In this document: positions 43,487-46,172 of the stretch, piece after piece
How positions within the stretch are numbered: the stretch's first letter is position 1
Layout: each line of letters opens with the position of its first letter
Origin: Corallochytrium limacisporum Hawaii
Taxonomy: Eukaryota; Protista; Pluriformea
DNA: 46,172 bases
Reading direction: 5' to 3'
Assembly (NCBI GenBank): GCA_002811645.1
Contig: PDIP01000046.1
Span: 97,340-143,511, forward strand
Program-made: the position numbers and the translations under genes
The notes under the pieces: generated by a model
The model's input: the letters and a program-made list of their open reading frames with translations, nothing else
Database searches by the model: none
What the model was told of the DNA's origin: nothing

Positions 43487-45700
43487 TCACGACCTCGGAT
43501 CAGGTAACATGACCGATACGCTACCAGGGTTTACATCTACTATGCGCAGGCCCTGGCGTTCGAGGAACCCCACCACTCCTGGTAACAGCCTGGCCTGGCC
43601 CTTCTTCGACCCGCGACCACGCCCTGTGATAATATGACAAGCTGTTGTGCGACGAGACAGGTCAGGCTCAGCCTTGTACTTGTATGAATGACAGTCAATT
43701 ATCTCTTTCAGCACCGTTCGTGCTTGCTCGACATTTAGGTAGTGCAGATCGACCTCAGTGAAAAGATCCTTGCCCTTATTGATGTCCACGAAAGCGGCAA
43801 AATTGACGCTTTGTTGCATGCCGATGCGTTCCCGCTTTGCTTTCTGGCTCTGCTGGAGATAATGACTCCTGATCTCACCGGCACCAGGACCTTTGACAGC
43901 ATCCGCACGGGCAGTTGCACTGTTCTCGTCAGCGATGAGGGCCTTTTGATTATCCTGTAGGTCCTGAATGGCCCGGTCGGACTTCGCGTGGTTAGGAATG
44001 GGTTCACACCGACCGTTAGCCATGAGCTGGACGTAGTGGTATGTCTCGACTGTCTGTCGACTCGTGCCCATTCGTGGGGATGACGTGCCTCTGGTGCCAA
44101 CGAGGCTTCCCTTCGCAATCGGCCCGCGAGTCTTTGCCTCTCCGATCGTGAATTGGTGTTTGTTCGCTGCCTTAGATCCGAGAAAAGAGGGACCGCGTAG
44201 AAAGACGGTCGACCCTTTCTTAAATCTACGGTTCCAGTCAGCCTTTTCCTCAGCGTTCATGTGCCATAAGGCAGAGTCAATGCGAGGAGCAAGCGTCGGT
44301 GCCGGGGCGCCCCAGGCACCACCACGTGTGCTCGACTGAAAATCCTTGGCGTCTCCCACGAGCTCAGTGAGTTTCTTTTTCGATCTTTGGAAATCAAATC
44401 GCTCTTGAGAGCAAATCTCAACCACAAAGTCGGCAGAACAAATATCTTGAAACATTCGCTGAAGCTTGCTTGCGATCTTCTGTTGATCTGAAGTGAGTAA
44501 AGGTGCCGATGAGGAAGCGCGGGATGCATCGTGGTCTAGCAGACTGTTGCCGTCACCCTCTGCCAAGACTGCTCTGACTGCACTAACGTCGATTCCCAGT
44601 TCACTATCATCAAAGTAGCAAAGCCAGTCAGCAATTGCACGTGGACGTACACCGGGGTATAGATGATGAATAATATCCCTCAGAAATCGGTGACTTCCCA
44701 AAGGGACCGACTGCTGCACATCATCCTGGTACTTGGCCATCGCCTTATCCTCTGCCACATCTGTGACATCTGTGATCACCTGTGATGTGGTTTCCATGTG
44801 GCCTTCACAAGCTTCATAGGCCCAGCGCAGGTAACGTACATTGCAATGCGGAAAGAACGCGAGCAATGTGCCGACGTCCGTCAGAGGTTCTTCGACAGCG
44901 AGTTCCTTTTGGACTGTTCGCATCGCCCGGAGCACAGCCTCAGTTTCGACCAAATTACACTCCATATTTAGGTAGCTGCTGAGAATGGATATAAAACGTA
45001 TTTTCGGAAAGAGAGCTGCAAGATCTTTGAGGTCTTCCGTTAGATTAGCGGCCTTGGTGGGTCTCATCTGTGTTTCCAGGTTCTTGAACAGTCCTTCCAT
45101 AATGCCCTTATCCAAATTGCCTTGGAGCAGGTTGGCGGCCGCTCGTACGTCGAATGCTGTAAAGTGCAAGACCGATAAGAGGAATGGTATTGGTTCCGTG
45201 GGATATATGGCACACAAACTGTCCAAAGGCGACGACTCTGCAAACTCAGCGTCGTCCTCAGTCCCGCACGGATTGTCTTTGCTCTCGTCTTTTGCATTCT
45301 CGTCGTACACTGCAGCCTCCAACGCTAATGCATCGATGGATTCGCCTGCCTCATCAGCCACTTGAAGAGCAAGCACTTTGCTGGTGGCATCATCCGCATT
45401 GGCGGTGGACGCGACACAGTGTGAGATAACCTCCAGCGGAACCTTCGGAAATGCTTGAGATAGTTGCGTGACCAATTCATTTTGAACGTCTGTACTCTTT
45501 CCAATCTTAGACCATTCCCGGGCTGTTATCTTCAGACTCCTATTGGCATCATATGGTCGCTCTTCACTAACCCCATTGGACTCTGGTCTATTGCTGTTCT
45601 TCTTGCTGCTTGTTGAGTTCTGCGAGGCACCTCCGCGGTTGGGCCCGGACCATCCGCCCTGAACCCGACCACTTCGATCTGTCTTACGACTCAGCGGCAT
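43487..45700 (-). CDS. Smr-domain endonuclease with multiple CUE-like domains (Cue2/N4BP2/NONU-1-like)
   Basis: C-terminal Smr (EVDLHYLNVEQA...IITGRGRGS...NPG). Repeated L-x-x-x-[FY]-P helical units upstream resemble CUE domains. Confidence 0.85.
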   Translation of the reverse strand: MPLSRKTDRSGRVQGGWSGPNRGGASQNSTSSKKNSNRPESNGVSEERPYDANRSLKITAREWSKIGKSTDVQNELVTQLSQAFPKVPLEVISHCVASTANADDATSKVLALQVADEAGESIDALALEAAVYDENAKDESKDNPCGTEDDAEFAESSPLDSLCAIYPTEPIPFLLSVLHFTAFDVRAAANLLQGNLDKGIMEGLFKNLETQMRPTKAANLTEDLKDLAALFPKIRFISILSSYLNMECNLVETEAVLRAMRTVQKELAVEEPLTDVGTLLAFFPHCNVRYLRWAYEACEGHMETTSQVITDVTDVAEDKAMAKYQDDVQQSVPLGSHRFLRDIIHHLYPGVRPRAIADWLCYFDDSELGIDVSAVRAVLAEGDGNSLLDHDASRASSSAPLLTSDQQKIASKLQRMFQDICSADFVVEICSQERFDFQRSKKKLTELVGDAKDFQSSTRGGAWGAPAPTLAPRIDSALWHMNAEEKADWNRRFKKGSTVFLRGPSFLGSKAANKHQFTIGEAKTRGPIAKGSLVGTRGTSSPRMGTSRQTVETYHYVQLMANGRCEPIPNHAKSDRAIQDLQDNQKALIADENSATARADAVKGPGAGEIRSHYLQQSQKAKRERIGMQQSVNFAAFVDINKGKDLFTEVDLHYLNVEQARTVLKEIIDCHSYKYKAEPDLSRRTTACHIITGRGRGSKKGQARLLPGVVGFLERQGLRIVDVNPGSVSVMLPDPRS

Positions 45701-46172
45701 ATTGACTGGACGTCAGTCGTCTGCTCTTTTGAGGGATCATAATTGTACCACAACATACGTCCATAGTACTTGAAAGTATTATGGACTACGGATTTAACGT
45801 GCAATTCATGCATTGCCTCCTCCATTGCGTAGCCCATGCCCAAATTCAACGGGGTTTTTTAATATCTGAACTTATTAACATGTGAATACCATCTGAAATA
45901 CCCGAATAATTCGGGTCTCAAACGTTTGCTCCGCTCTATACCGACCACGCAGCGCCCGTGCCCGCTTCGAAACCGGTTTCCTCCCACAAACCCCGACACC
46001 CGGTGGCCGGGGGAATTAAATAGGCCCCAGTTCACAAGGGACAGCCAAATCCAGCGCGGTGGGGTTGAGGGTGGAAGGTGCCCAGACAACTCACTAAAAA
46101 CATACCACCCTCTGTCTCATAATATTAGGCCGAATCTATTCAAATCACATTCATTCGAATCCCGACCGCTGT

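Noticed and set aside
46153-46172. TTCGAATCCCGACCGCTG resembling a tRNA T-loop and 3' end
   Set aside because: No complementary T-stem, D-arm or anticodon arm upstream.

Overview
Eukaryotic draft-genome window with five N gaps. It holds 15 apparently intronless protein-coding genes: glutamine synthetase II, a WDR54-like protein, ALKBH7, eIF4A, a membrane RING/U-box-like E3, sphingosine-1-phosphate lyase, a Cbp4-like factor, VPS28, a FAAH-type amidase, NPL4, USP10/UBP3, RPS2/uS5, a Gfo/Idh/MocA oxidoreductase, an LDB/SEUSS-like LIM-domain-binding protein and a multi-CUE Smr nuclease. The mix of animal-like traits (WDR54, NPL4 with NZF, USP10 with FGDF) and fungal-like traits (Cbp4), with no coding introns, suggests an intron-poor unicellular opisthokont/holozoan. 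A Corallochytrium-like genome is a guess, not verified. Gene orientation alternates at 13 of 14 junctions. Convergent spacers are short, and long divergent spacers carry GC-rich homopolymer and microsatellite islands. The most interesting signals are: an SHP-box-like p97-binding motif in an NPL4 insertion; a single-zinc RING/U-box intermediate with transmembrane helices; a neighbourhood of ribosome-quality-control genes (USP10 head-to-head with RPS2, plus NPL4 and a Cue2-like nuclease); and an unexplained structured region at about 12.8-15.0 kb. No rRNA, tRNA, CRISPR array or intact transposon could be supported. All family calls come from motif recognition by eye, without database searches.
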